64,000 nt of DNA from positions 4,384,001 to 4,448,000 of the forward strand of contig CAXXKJ010000002.1 of assembly GCA_963675295.2 (NCBI GenBank), in the 5' to 3' direction. Both the position numbers and the translations under genes were made by a program. Positions within the stretch are counted from its first letter, which is position 1. Each line of letters opens with the position of its first letter. Below are positions 39,302-48,950 of the stretch, in pieces. The notes under the pieces were generated by a model that saw only the letters and a program-made list of their open reading frames with translations, did not search any database and was not told the DNA's origin. The DNA is from a bacterium (lineage in GTDB: Bacteria; Electryoneota; Electryoneia; Electryoneales; Electryoneaceae).

Positions 39302-39862
39302 ATGATGCGCACATTCATCGCACTCACCTTGCCCGAGTTGCTCAAGGACCGTATGCTTGAGGTCAGCGGGGCGTTGTCGAAGACGGACGCAAAGATCAAA
39401 TGGGTCGAGCGTTCGCAGATGCACCTGACGGTCAAGTTCTGCGGTGATGTGGAGCAGGGTCAGATAGATTTGCTGGCGGCGGCGGTCCGTGACGAGGCAA
39501 CGTACTGGCAACACCCGTTACGTCTCGCTGTTGGCGGTTTGGGGGCTTTTCCCAACAAGCGCAACCCGCGAGTGTTGTGGATCGGAGTGCGGGAAAACCT
39601 CGGACTCAATACAATGGCGGAGCGGATCGAACAGGCGGCGGTGGCGGCGGGAATCGAGCCAGAGCAACGGTCGTTTTCCGCGCATCTGACACTGGGCCGG
39701 GTGAAGTTCATCGACCGGTATGATCCGTTGCTGAAGCGGCTGAAAGCGATGGACGTGGAAACGTACCATTACGACATCACCGAGCTGGCGTTGATCGAGA
39801 GCCGTTTGACACCGCAGGGGCCGGTGTACACGCCGGTTGAACAGGTAAAGCTTGGTGGGTGA
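39302..39862 (+). CDS. thpR: RNA 2',3'-cyclic phosphodiesterase
   Basis: MRTFIA, two HLT motifs, SRLTPQGPVY. Confidence 0.9.
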   Translation: MMRTFIALTLPELLKDRMLEVSGALSKTDAKIKWVERSQMHLTVKFCGDVEQGQIDLLAAAVRDEATYWQHPLRLAVGGLGAFPNKRNPRVLWIGVRENLGLNTMAERIEQAAVAAGIEPEQRSFSAHLTLGRVKFIDRYDPLLKRLKAMDVETYHYDITELALIESRLTPQGPVYTPVEQVKLGG

Positions 39863-39977
39863 AGCGGTACTCGGTAGCCGGTAATCGGTAATCGGTACTC
39901 CAGGAAGCGGGTGGACGCGTTCCGGGAACGTTGAACAAACAGACATACGACACGAAACACACATAGAGGCACCGACC

Positions 39978-41060
39978 ATGGCGGCACAGGCGAAGAGCAA
40001 GGACGAGAAAAAAGGTCAAGCGATTGACCTCGCGATCACCCAGATCGAGAAGCAGTTCGGCAAGGGCAGCATCATGCGGCTGGGTGATGAGGGCGCGCGG
40101 GTCAAGGTGAATGTGATTCCGACTGGTTCGATTGCGCTGGATTCGGCGTTGGGGATCGGCGGTGTGCCGCGCGGACGTGTCACTGAGATCTACGGACCGG
40201 AAGCGTCCGGCAAGACCACGCTGACGCTGCACCTGATCGCGGAAGCGCAGAAATTGGGCGGTTATGCGGCGTTCATCGACGCGGAACACGCGCTCGATCC
40301 GAACTACGCCCAGGCGCTGGGTGTGGACACGGAAAACCTGCTCATTTCCCAGCCTGACACTGGTGAACAAGCGCTCGAGATTGCGGAGACGCTGGTTCGC
40401 AGCGGCGCATTGGACATTGTCGTGCTCGACTCGGTGGCGGCACTGGTCCCCCGGGCGGAGATTGAAGGCGAGATGGGCGACAGCCATGTCGGGTTGCAAG
40501 CGCGCTTGATGTCGCAGGCGTTACGGAAGCTGACCGGTACGGTGTCCAAGTCGCACACGGCGTTCATCTTCATCAACCAGATCCGCATGAAGATCGGCGT
40601 GATGTTCGGCAACCCGGAGACGACGACCGGCGGCAACGCGTTGAAATTCTACAGTTCGGTGCGGATGGACATCCGGCGGATCGCGTCGATCAAGGACGGG
40701 CAGAACATCATCGGCAACCGGACACGGGTCAAAGTTGTGAAGAACAAGATGTCGCCGCCGTTCCGGGAAGCGGAATTTGACATTTTCTACGGCAAGGGCA
40801 TCAGCCGCAGCGGTGATATCATCGACCTCGGCCTGCAGCATGAGATCTTCACCCGCTCGGGCACGTGGTTCAGTTACGGCGAGGAGCGGCTCGGGCAGGG
40901 ACGTGAACGGGTGCGCCTGTTCCTGGAAGAGAACCCGGAGCTGATGCAGGAGATCGAAAACAACCTAATGGTGAAAATCGGCCTGGCCGAAGCGCCGGAC
41001 GAGGAGGAAAAAGCCGCCGCTGAAACCGAGACGGCGGATACGGCCAAGGACGAGAAGTAA
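39978..41060 (+). CDS. recA: Recombinase RecA
   Basis: [37 protein letters not shown]. Confidence 0.99.
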   Translation: MAAQAKSKDEKKGQAIDLAITQIEKQFGKGSIMRLGDEGARVKVNVIPTGSIALDSALGIGGVPRGRVTEIYGPEASGKTTLTLHLIAEAQKLGGYAAFIDAEHALDPNYAQALGVDTENLLISQPDTGEQALEIAETLVRSGALDIVVLDSVAALVPRAEIEGEMGDSHVGLQARLMSQALRKLTGTVSKSHTAFIFINQIRMKIGVMFGNPETTTGGNALKFYSSVRMDIRRIASIKDGQNIIGNRTRVKVVKNKMSPPFREAEFDIFYGKGISRSGDIIDLGLQHEIFTRSGTWFSYGEERLGQGRERVRLFLEENPELMQEIENNLMVKIGLAEAPDEEEKAAAETETADTAKDEK

Positions 41061-41090
41061 GGCGTCCCGGCAGCCAGTGAAGAAGAATCC

Positions 41091-41591
41091 ATGAGCGAAT
41101 CCCGGTTACGGAAGCAGCCGTCGCTGTCGGCGTACGAGCAGGGAGTGCGTCTGCTTGCCCGGCGTGATCATTCCGTGGCGGAACTTCGCCGTAAGTTGAT
41201 GCAACGACACTTCCCCGCTGCGGAAATCGACGACGCGTTGGCGACGTTGACCGTGCGGGGATTTCTCAATGACGAGCGCACGGCGCGGTTATGGGCGGAG
41301 CAGGAAGCGCGGCGTGGCGGACAGGGCCGGATCAAGGCGTTGAACCGGATGCTGGAACACGGTCTCTCCCGGGAGCACGCCGAGGCGGCACTGGCCGAGC
41401 TCTGGGATCCGGCATTGGAGCGGGAGCACGCGCAGGCGGTGTTGCAGTCGTTGATAGGCTCAATTCCGGAATCTGAGCGGGGTTCACAGAAAGGCTGGGC
41501 GAAGCTGGCCCGGCGTCTCGCCAATCGTGGATTCGATCAGGAACTCATCCGGGAGTTGCTGCGTGCCGATGGTGGCACCGAGAGCGAATAA
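41091..41591 (+). CDS. recX: Regulatory protein RecX
   Basis: LLARRDHS..ELRRKL, GFLND, LANRGF. Directly after recA. Confidence 0.88.
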   Translation: MSESRLRKQPSLSAYEQGVRLLARRDHSVAELRRKLMQRHFPAAEIDDALATLTVRGFLNDERTARLWAEQEARRGGQGRIKALNRMLEHGLSREHAEAALAELWDPALEREHAQAVLQSLIGSIPESERGSQKGWAKLARRLANRGFDQELIRELLRADGGTESE

Positions 41592-41686
41592 ACAGTACCT
41601 CAACTTGGGTTGGCGGGCTACTCTCGGTACATTCCACTCTGCTCAAGGCATGGGCAGTGTGAAGTGAAACTCCCAAAGGTCCATCC

Positions 41687-42199
41687 ATGTCAGACATGAA
41701 AGAGCCATACCAGAATCTGATCAAGAGCCTGACGAAACTCAGCCTGATGGGCGGGTCTCTGCTTTGGGCGTGGACTCGCTTGAAGTCCGACGTTCAGCGC
41801 GTCAGCCAGGAAGTTGGCGGCTTCGGACGCAAGGTGGCCGGGGAGGCTTACGACTACGGAACGCGTGGCGCGGAGACGGTTTCGTCTTCGGCGCAGCGCA
41901 TGGCGAAATCCGCTCCATCGGTTTTGACGAGTGTGAAGAAACAACAAGAGGCAATCATGGGCAAGCCCAAGAAGAAGTTCTCATTCCTGAAGTTCCTGCT
42001 CATCATGGGCGCGTTGATCGCGTTGGCGATCTTCCTGCTCGACAAGTTCCTGCCGAAGCCGTACCGCGACGATGAACTGGAAGATGCGTGGGCGGGTGAG
42101 GACCTCGAGCCGGCTGAAGACACCCCGGAAGCTCCGGCGGAAGACGATGCGTCTGACGACGACGGCGACAACGAGGGTGATGAGGAGAAGGACCAGTAG
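41687..42199 (+). CDS. Hypothetical membrane protein with acidic tail
   Basis: Coding-like codon bias, one clear TM helix. A possible alternative start lies at MGKPKKK. Confidence 0.6.
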   Translation: MSDMKEPYQNLIKSLTKLSLMGGSLLWAWTRLKSDVQRVSQEVGGFGRKVAGEAYDYGTRGAETVSSSAQRMAKSAPSVLTSVKKQQEAIMGKPKKKFSFLKFLLIMGALIALAIFLLDKFLPKPYRDDELEDAWAGEDLEPAEDTPEAPAEDDASDDDGDNEGDEEKDQ

Positions 42200-42206
42200 C
42201 TGACCC

Positions 42207-42425
42207 ATGGGTGGCACTCTTGCATTGATCGGAGGCTTTGTCGGCCTGGTCGGGTTGGCAGTGATGTTTTCCAACCGGTGGTCGCATGGCGCGGACCCGA
42301 TCGGCATTCTGCTCTTTTCCCTGTTTTTCCTGAATGGTCTGTATGCGGTGTATCTGCGTGTGACGGGCAAGGAACGCAAGTCGCGCAGCAAAGGACCATT
42401 CTCCGGAAAATCAGGCAAACGGTAG
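42207..42425 (+). CDS. Small 2-TM hypothetical protein
   Basis: Starts 8 nt after the previous stop. Two hydrophobic helices and a basic tail. Confidence 0.5.
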   Translation: MGGTLALIGGFVGLVGLAVMFSNRWSHGADPIGILLFSLFFLNGLYAVYLRVTGKERKSRSKGPFSGKSGKR

Positions 42426-42719
42426 CCGCGAGAGTTGCACCGCCAGCCTGGAACCGCGATCTTCCAGTTCCTGTCTAAAGTGTGATAAAGCCCGGACGTA
42501 ACTGTCCGGGCTTGCTGACGTCAGGGTGGTCTGGTTCGGGTATAATCGCGTTCAACGCGGTTCGGGTCGACCCGCATTCGCACTCGACCGTGTCGAAAAA
42601 CTTGCAGACGCGGACGTGGCAGGTGCTGATACTCTTGACTTGCGAGCAAGTCGGGGCATACCCCGGCACTGACTACTGACCACTGATCACTGAGTACTGT
42701 CTTTTATCGGAGGCCCGGC

Positions 42720-45710
42720 ATGACCTCGGCCGAAATTCGGCAGGCGTTCATCGACTTTTTCGCCGCGCAGAAACACACCATCGTCCCCTCCAGCCCGGTG
42801 ATTCCGCAGGATGATCCGACGCTGTTGTTCATCAACGCCGGCATGAACCAGTTCAAGGACGTGTTCCTCGGTACTGGCACGCGCGACTACAGCCGCGCGG
42901 TAGACAGCCAGAAGTGCATCCGTGTCAGCGGCAAGCACAACGACCTTGAGGAAGTCGGGCCGAGCCCGAACCATCACACGTTTTTCGAAATGCTCGGCAA
43001 CTGGTCGTTCGGCGACTACTACAAGGCCGAGGCGATCCGTTGGGCGTGGGAGTTGATGACCGAGGTGTACAAGCTTCCGGCGGACAAGTTGTACGCGACG
43101 GTGTTCACCGACGACGACGAAGCGCATCGTCTCTGGGAATCCGAAACGAGCATTGAGCCGAGCCACATCAGCCGTCACGGTCACAAGGACAATTTCTGGG
43201 AGATGGGTGAGGTCGGGCCGTGCGGACCGTGCACCGAGCTCCACATCGACCTCGGCAAGCCCGCACCGGGCCGTCAGGCGATTGAGAACGACGGGCCGAA
43301 CACGGAATCCGGCCGCTTTGTCGAACTGTGGAACCTGGTCTTCATCCAGTACCACCGCGATCAGAGCGGCGAGCTGCATAACTTGCCGGCGACGCACGTC
43401 GACACCGGCGCGGGGCTGGAACGCATCGCGCGGGTGATGCAGGGTGTCGAATCGAATTACGAGACCGATCTGTTCAGCCCGATCATCAGCGAAATCGCGG
43501 AACGGTCGGGGGTGGCGTACGAACTCAACGGGATTCATATCCCCCACCGTGTGATTGCGGATCACCTGCGCGCATTGACCTCTGCCATCGCGGACGGCGG
43601 CCTGCCGGGTAACGAAGGCCGGGGGTATGTGCTGCGCCGCATCCTGCGCCGGGCGAGCCGGTTTGTCCGGGAATTGGGCGTGGACGGACCGTTCGTGCAC
43701 ACGCTGGTGCCGGTGCTGGTGGACGTGATGGGGCACCATTTCACTGAGATCAAGGAACGCCAACAGCACATCGAGACCGTCATCCGCGCGGAGGAGGAAT
43801 CCTTCCTGCGGACGTTGGACAATGGGCTGACGGTGTTCGGAAACTCGTTCACACGGACGTTCGTCGAGCATGCGAACAAGCAAGGCGGCGACAAGCTGCC
43901 GGTCTGGGCGAAGAAGCTGGCCGATGTTGGCAAATCGGTCACGAGCAAGTCCGGGATGCTGAACCGCTATGTCGCCGAACTGGAGAAGCTGACCGGCGGC
44001 AACGGCGACAGCATCAACTACAATTTCATCGACCGCAACCTGGACGAATTCGCCTCCACGCTGAAGGCGGCGTCCGGTGTGGATACGGCACAGGTGGATA
44101 CGCTGGTCGACGAATTCCGCCAGCTGAAATCCGGGCTGGTGATTCCGGCGGCGGACGCATTCAAGCTGTACGACACGTACGGTTTCCCGCTCGACCTGAC
44201 GCAGCAGATGGCGCGAGAACGTGGCATCGAGGTTGACACGGCCGGCTTCGACCGCGAGATGGCGGCGGCGAAAGAACGCAGCCGCGCCGGGGCGAAGTTT
44301 GTCCAGGGCGAAACAGACTTTGATACGGTCAGCGAGGGCGACCACTCGGCATTTACCGGGTATGACAGCCTGCACGAATCCACCGAGCTGCGCATGGCGC
44401 GGACGTTCGAGGAAGACAGCGTCACGAAATATGCGCTGGTGCTGGCGAGGACGCCGTTCTACGCGGAATCCGGTGGCCAGGTGTGTGACTACGGCACGAT
44501 CTCCGGTGACGGCTGGGAGTTCCAGGTGTACGACGTCCGGAACGAAGGCGACCGGCGTGTGCATTACGCAAACGCTGTGAAGAAGCCTGGGGATGATCCG
44601 CGTTTGCAAGCAAACGCGGGCACGACTCTAGTCTCGGAAACGTTGCCGGTGAAGGTCGATGCGCAGGTGGATGAGGATCGGCGGCGTCGGATTCTGCCGC
44701 ATCACACGACGACGCACCTGCTGCAGGCGGCGTTGCGGGACGTGCTGGGCGACCACGTGACCCAGGCCGGGTCGGCGGTGGGGCCGGACAAGATGACGTT
44801 CGACTTCACCCATTTCGAGAAGCCGTCGGACGAGCAGCTCGCACGGGCCGAGGCGATTGTCAACGACGCGATCCGTCGTGATTACCCGGTGACGGCGTCC
44901 GAGATGCCCATCGACGAAGCGAAGTCGAAAGGCGCGATGGCGTTGTTCGGTGAGAAGTACGATGATGTCGTGCGGGTGATCACGGTCGGCGAAGGTGACG
45001 GCAACAAGTTCTCGATGGAGCTCTGCGGCGGCACGCACCTGACGCGTACTGGCGAGGCCGGCCTGTTCCGGATCGAAAGCGAGACCGGGTTGAGCGCGGG
45101 TGTGCGGCGTGTGGAGTGCACCGCCGGCGCGGCCGCGTACGAGCGGATGCTGCTGGAACGCGACACGCTCGATCGTGTGATCACCACGGTCGGTTCCGGC
45201 GGGTCCGATCCGGCGGACAAGATCGCGAAGCTGCTCGACCGTCAGAAGGAGATGCAGAAGGAGATCGAACGACTGCAGCGGGCGGCGTTGCAGGGTTCGG
45301 TCGACATGCTCGCCGACTGGGGGCACGATCTCGAGTTCAAGGGCACCCCGGTCACAGCGGTCTTTGCGCACACGGACGCGGTTTCCGACAAGAACGGGCT
45401 GCAGCAGGTGGGCGACAAGATCATCGAGAAGCTGACCCAGGCGAATAAGGATGGCTTCGGGATTGTCGGCGCGACGATGGACAAGACGTACATGTTCGTC
45501 GCGGTGGTGACACCCGGCCTGATCAAGCAAGGCCTGATGGCGGGCAAACTGGTCGGCGCGGTGGCGAAGACAGTTGGCGGTGGTGGTGGTGGCAAGCCCG
45601 ATTTTGCGACCGCCGGCGCGAAGGATGTCGATGCGGCAAAGTCGCTGATTTCCGACCGTGGCCGGTTTGAGAAGGTGCTTGCGGAAATCGTCGCAGGGTT
45701 TGCTGGCTAG
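42720..45710 (+). CDS. alaS: Alanine--tRNA ligase (with large internal insertion)
   Basis: DPTLLFINAGM, HHTFFEMLGNWSFGDY, FKLYDTYGFP, TPFYAESGGQ, HTTTH, ELCGGTH, GGGGG. Confidence 0.98.
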   Translation: MTSAEIRQAFIDFFAAQKHTIVPSSPVIPQDDPTLLFINAGMNQFKDVFLGTGTRDYSRAVDSQKCIRVSGKHNDLEEVGPSPNHHTFFEMLGNWSFGDYYKAEAIRWAWELMTEVYKLPADKLYATVFTDDDEAHRLWESETSIEPSHISRHGHKDNFWEMGEVGPCGPCTELHIDLGKPAPGRQAIENDGPNTESGRFVELWNLVFIQYHRDQSGELHNLPATHVDTGAGLERIARVMQGVESNYETDLFSPIISEIAERSGVAYELNGIHIPHRVIADHLRALTSAIADGGLPGNEGRGYVLRRILRRASRFVRELGVDGPFVHTLVPVLVDVMGHHFTEIKERQQHIETVIRAEEESFLRTLDNGLTVFGNSFTRTFVEHANKQGGDKLPVWAKKLADVGKSVTSKSGMLNRYVAELEKLTGGNGDSINYNFIDRNLDEFASTLKAASGVDTAQVDTLVDEFRQLKSGLVIPAADAFKLYDTYGFPLDLTQQMARERGIEVDTAGFDREMAAAKERSRAGAKFVQGETDFDTVSEGDHSAFTGYDSLHESTELRMARTFEEDSVTKYALVLARTPFYAESGGQVCDYGTISGDGWEFQVYDVRNEGDRRVHYANAVKKPGDDPRLQANAGTTLVSETLPVKVDAQVDEDRRRRILPHHTTTHLLQAALRDVLGDHVTQAGSAVGPDKMTFDFTHFEKPSDEQLARAEAIVNDAIRRDYPVTASEMPIDEAKSKGAMALFGEKYDDVVRVITVGEGDGNKFSMELCGGTHLTRTGEAGLFRIESETGLSAGVRRVECTAGAAAYERMLLERDTLDRVITTVGSGGSDPADKIAKLLDRQKEMQKEIERLQRAALQGSVDMLADWGHDLEFKGTPVTAVFAHTDAVSDKNGLQQVGDKIIEKLTQANKDGFGIVGATMDKTYMFVAVVTPGLIKQGLMAGKLVGAVAKTVGGGGGGKPDFATAGAKDVDAAKSLISDRGRFEKVLAEIVAGFAG

Positions 45711-45744
45711 CCCCGCGTGTGAATCCGACATGCAAGCAATGTGA

Positions 45745-45779
45745 ACTGCCGCAGACGTATGTCCGCGGCAGTTTTTTCT
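45745..45779 (+). terminator. Rho-independent terminator after alaS
   Basis: aactgccgc...gcggcagtt followed by a T-tract. Confidence 0.8.
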
Positions 45780-45961
45780 CTTTGCATCTCGTTGAATATG
45801 ATTCAGCACACAAAGAGTTGTGTTTTACACTGGCAGATTGAACCTGCGCATGCGGTCTGTTGAAGTCACCGCTTGACCTGCATCTCATGTGAACCGGGTA
45901 ATACCCACCGTCTCTGTGATCGGCTCTGGTCCGTTGACACGTGTTGTGCTGTAACGTATTA

Positions 45962-45990
45962 TATCGCTAGCGATACAATCGTACGCGACA
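45962..45990 (+). promoter_or_regulatory. Putative MarR/OhrR operator
   Basis: Perfect palindrome TATCGCTAGCGATA plus a degenerate adjacent copy, upstream of the peroxidase-regulator pair. Confidence 0.5.
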
Positions 45991-46054
45991 CACAAGCCAA
46001 ACACGGACTACGGTCAGGATTTGACTTGCCAGCGAAGACGAAGGAGATGATGTG

Positions 46055-46540
46055 ATGAGTGAGTTCCATGACTTGAAGGCGACGCGCTTGAACGGTGACG
46101 AGGAATCACTTTCAGCATACGAGGGCAAGGTGGTGCTGGTGGTGAACACGGCCAGCAAGTGCGGGTTCACTCCGCAGTACGAGGGCCTGGAAAAACTGTA
46201 CCAGACGTATCACAAGGACGGGCTGGAGATCCTCGGGTTTCCCTGCAACCAGTTCGGCAGCCAGGAACCGGGCGGTGTGGAGGAGATTGAGCAGACGTGT
46301 TTTGTCAATTACGGCGTCAGCTTCCCGATGTTTGCGAAGGTGGAGGTGAACGGTCCGAACGCGCACCCGGTCTTTTCGTTCCTCAAGCGCCGGCTGTCCG
46401 GCCTTCTCGGTGGCTGGATCAAGTGGAATTTCACTAAGTTCCTCGTCGGCCGGGACGGACAGCCGATCAAGCGTTTTGCGCCGGCCGTGACGCCCGAGTC
46501 CCTCGAACCCGAGATCCGAGCCGCATTGGGGAAGGCATGA
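46055..46540 (+). CDS. Glutathione peroxidase family protein (Cys type)
   Basis: VNTASKCG, GFPCNQFG.QEPG, KWNFTKFLV. Confidence 0.95.
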   Translation: MSEFHDLKATRLNGDEESLSAYEGKVVLVVNTASKCGFTPQYEGLEKLYQTYHKDGLEILGFPCNQFGSQEPGGVEEIEQTCFVNYGVSFPMFAKVEVNGPNAHPVFSFLKRRLSGLLGGWIKWNFTKFLVGRDGQPIKRFAPAVTPESLEPEIRAALGKA

Positions 46541-47013
46541 GTCGATCAGTGGATGAACAATCGAGCAACCTTGAGCTGGACAAGCAGCTGTGCTTTCCGC
46601 TGTATGCGGCGTCACGTCTGATCCAGCGGTTGTACCATCCGTTGCTCGAACCGTTCGGGTTGACCTACCCACAGTACATCGTGCTGATGATCCTGTGGGA
46701 GGATGCGCCGTGCCCGGTGTCGCACATCGGCCGCCGGGCGTTGCTGAACACGAACACGCTCACCCCCCTGCTGAAACGGTTGCAGCAGCAGGGATTGATC
46801 ACCCGCACGCGGGCGTCGTACGATGAACGTGTGGTGCAGATCGAGCTGACCTCGGACGGCGTGGCGTTACGGCAGAAGCTGGAGTGTGTGCCGGAACAGT
46901 TGTACGCCTCCTTCGGCAAGGACGAGGCCACGTACCTGGATCTGAAGCAGAAGCTGGATGATTTGATCGGCGTGCTGCTGACGCATGAGGACGCGAGTAA
47001 TTCTGCTTCCTGA
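46537..47013 (+). CDS. ohrR: MarR-family regulator, OhrR-like
   Basis: LDKQLCFPLYAASR with the sensing Cys, LTYPQY, TLTPLLKRL, DERVV. Confidence 0.85.
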   Translation: MSRSVDEQSSNLELDKQLCFPLYAASRLIQRLYHPLLEPFGLTYPQYIVLMILWEDAPCPVSHIGRRALLNTNTLTPLLKRLQQQGLITRTRASYDERVVQIELTSDGVALRQKLECVPEQLYASFGKDEATYLDLKQKLDDLIGVLLTHEDASNSAS

Positions 47014-47036
47014 CAGACATTACACCGACATTTACC

Positions 47037-47972
47037 ATGACAGAACCGATGACGAAACGAGCATTTTTCGGTCCGGCGGGATTTCCGACGTCGTTTTTCG
47101 AAACGAAAAAGTACAAGAAGAACCGTGTCAACGCGGCCGAGTGGCTGCACGATATCGGGCTCGATATCCTCGAGCTGCAGATGGTTCATGGCCCGCGGAC
47201 TCGTCCCGAAGTAGCCGAGCAACACCTGGAGAAGGCGGAAGAATTCGGAGTCAGCTTCAGCATTCACGCCAGTTACTACTGCGTGCTGTCGTCGGTGAAG
47301 GACGATGTCATCGAGCGCAGCTTCGCGTCGCTGGCGAAGACGGCTGAGCTGGCTGCGCTGGCGGGCGTATCACGGATCGTGCTGCATCCCGGCACGACTG
47401 CGGGTGGACGCGAGAACGCGTTGGACCGGTTCATTTCGAACATGCAGACATTTGTCGCGAACGATCTGCCGGACGGGGTTCACATTTACCCGGAGACGGC
47501 GGGAAAGGTCAATTCGCTGGGATCGCTGGAGGAGATTCTGACGATCTGCCGTGAGGTGCCGAGCTGCCGGCCGTGTGTCGATTTCGGACACCTGCACTGC
47601 CGTCAGCTTAGCGAGCTGGACACGGACAACGGGTGGACATTCACCTCGCCGGACGACTATATCGTGGCGATGGACCACCTGAAGGCGAATCTGCGTCCGG
47701 AACAGTGGGAAGAGATGCACTACCACATCTCCCCCATCGAATTCACTCCGAAAGGTGAGAAGAAGCACCGTGATCACGGGGAATTGATCTCGGACGAGGA
47801 CGCCGATCCGATGTTTGGCAAGCCGGGCGATCCGTGGCTGCCGGTGGCGGAACACTTCGCGCAGGCGTTAGCGTTGACCGGCTATCCGGCGTGGGTGATC
47901 AGCGAGGCGGCGGACTCGATGGACCGTGGCGCGCTGGCGATGAAGCAGGCGTACAACAAACACCTGGCTTGA
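47037..47972 (+). CDS. AP endonuclease family 2 (endonuclease IV-like) TIM-barrel protein
   Basis: FGPAG, SIHASYY, LHPG, PETAGK, DFGHLH, HIS.IEF..KGEKKH, ISE. Confidence 0.82.
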   Translation: MTEPMTKRAFFGPAGFPTSFFETKKYKKNRVNAAEWLHDIGLDILELQMVHGPRTRPEVAEQHLEKAEEFGVSFSIHASYYCVLSSVKDDVIERSFASLAKTAELAALAGVSRIVLHPGTTAGGRENALDRFISNMQTFVANDLPDGVHIYPETAGKVNSLGSLEEILTICREVPSCRPCVDFGHLHCRQLSELDTDNGWTFTSPDDYIVAMDHLKANLRPEQWEEMHYHISPIEFTPKGEKKHRDHGELISDEDADPMFGKPGDPWLPVAEHFAQALALTGYPAWVISEAADSMDRGALAMKQAYNKHLA

Positions 47973-48051
47973 ACCGCAAAAGGCGCGAAAAGAATGCTGA
48001 ACTCCGGAATACACGGAAGAAACGGAACCGAATACTCCTAGCAATCAACTG

Positions 48052-48777
48052 CTACGCTACACGATTCCACCGCGATTTGACGAGTTCGCTCAGGGTCAGG
48101 GCCTGCTCATTGGTTGCGACTCGTTCGTTGTTGAAGACGATGTCATAGTGGTTCAATGCCGTGACGTCAAGTCCCAGGTATTTCCGTACAAAGCCCTCTC
48201 GTTCCCGGTCAAGTCGTTCGATCGTCTCGCGGTCCGCGATGTCGTCGTAGCCGGGATCATTCCTCAACGTGTCGATCCGCCATTCGAGTGGTGCGATCAG
48301 GCGAACGTGGATTCCTGCGGGTACGTAACGGGTCGTTAATGCGCTTCCCCGTCCAATCAGAATGCAAGCACCGGCTGAAGCCAGAATTGCCTGCGTGCGT
48401 GCGAGTGCGCGATACACTTTCAACTCGGACGGTTTTCCGGAAAAAGTGCTGTCGACCCAGTCATCAATCTCCGACTTGGTGTGCCGGGACATCACGTTCG
48501 CCATTTCGGACAGCATCTCGTCCTGTTCGGCCAGAATGGACAGTAACATCTTGTCATAGATCACGTACTCATAGTCAGGAAATTCAGCTTTCAGGCGTTC
48601 CGACAACGCTTTCGCCAGTTCGAAAGCCTGGCAGCCATACTGGCGTGAGATGGTGACAAATGGTGGCTTCTGCTGTGCCTGCTTGTTGCGTTCCAGTTCA
48701 CGGGCAAGACGCTGCTGGATTTGAATCTGTGCGCGAAGACGGCGTTCAACGGTCGCTGGAAGGGGATTGGTCGCCAT
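48052..48777 (-). CDS. Cytidylate kinase-like family protein
   Basis: VTISRQYG, ILIGRG, HVRLIAP..WRI, DREREGF, YDIVFN. Confidence 0.82.
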   Translation of the reverse strand: MATNPLPATVERRLRAQIQIQQRLARELERNKQAQQKPPFVTISRQYGCQAFELAKALSERLKAEFPDYEYVIYDKMLLSILAEQDEMLSEMANVMSRHTKSEIDDWVDSTFSGKPSELKVYRALARTQAILASAGACILIGRGSALTTRYVPAGIHVRLIAPLEWRIDTLRNDPGYDDIADRETIERLDREREGFVRKYLGLDVTALNHYDIVFNNERVATNEQALTLSELVKSRWNRVA

Positions 48778-48950
48778 GGTCGGACCTCCTGTTGAGGACA
48801 GGGAGGATCTGTGCGCGGAGCAGGTGCAACTACCTCTGCGGCGTTGCTCTATAAGTTAGGCGTTTCTGAGGAAAGAATAAACGTTCGCGTCCAACTTTTC
48901 TCGGATACTGCGCTACAGCAAGGATTCGGCGAAAAACGGCAGGCAGCCGA

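Noticed and set aside
42430-42715. T-box or other leader RNA upstream of alaS
   Set aside because: Hairpins are present (e.g. aagcccggac...gtccgggctt), but no T-box consensus was found. The first hairpin may just terminate the upstream operon.
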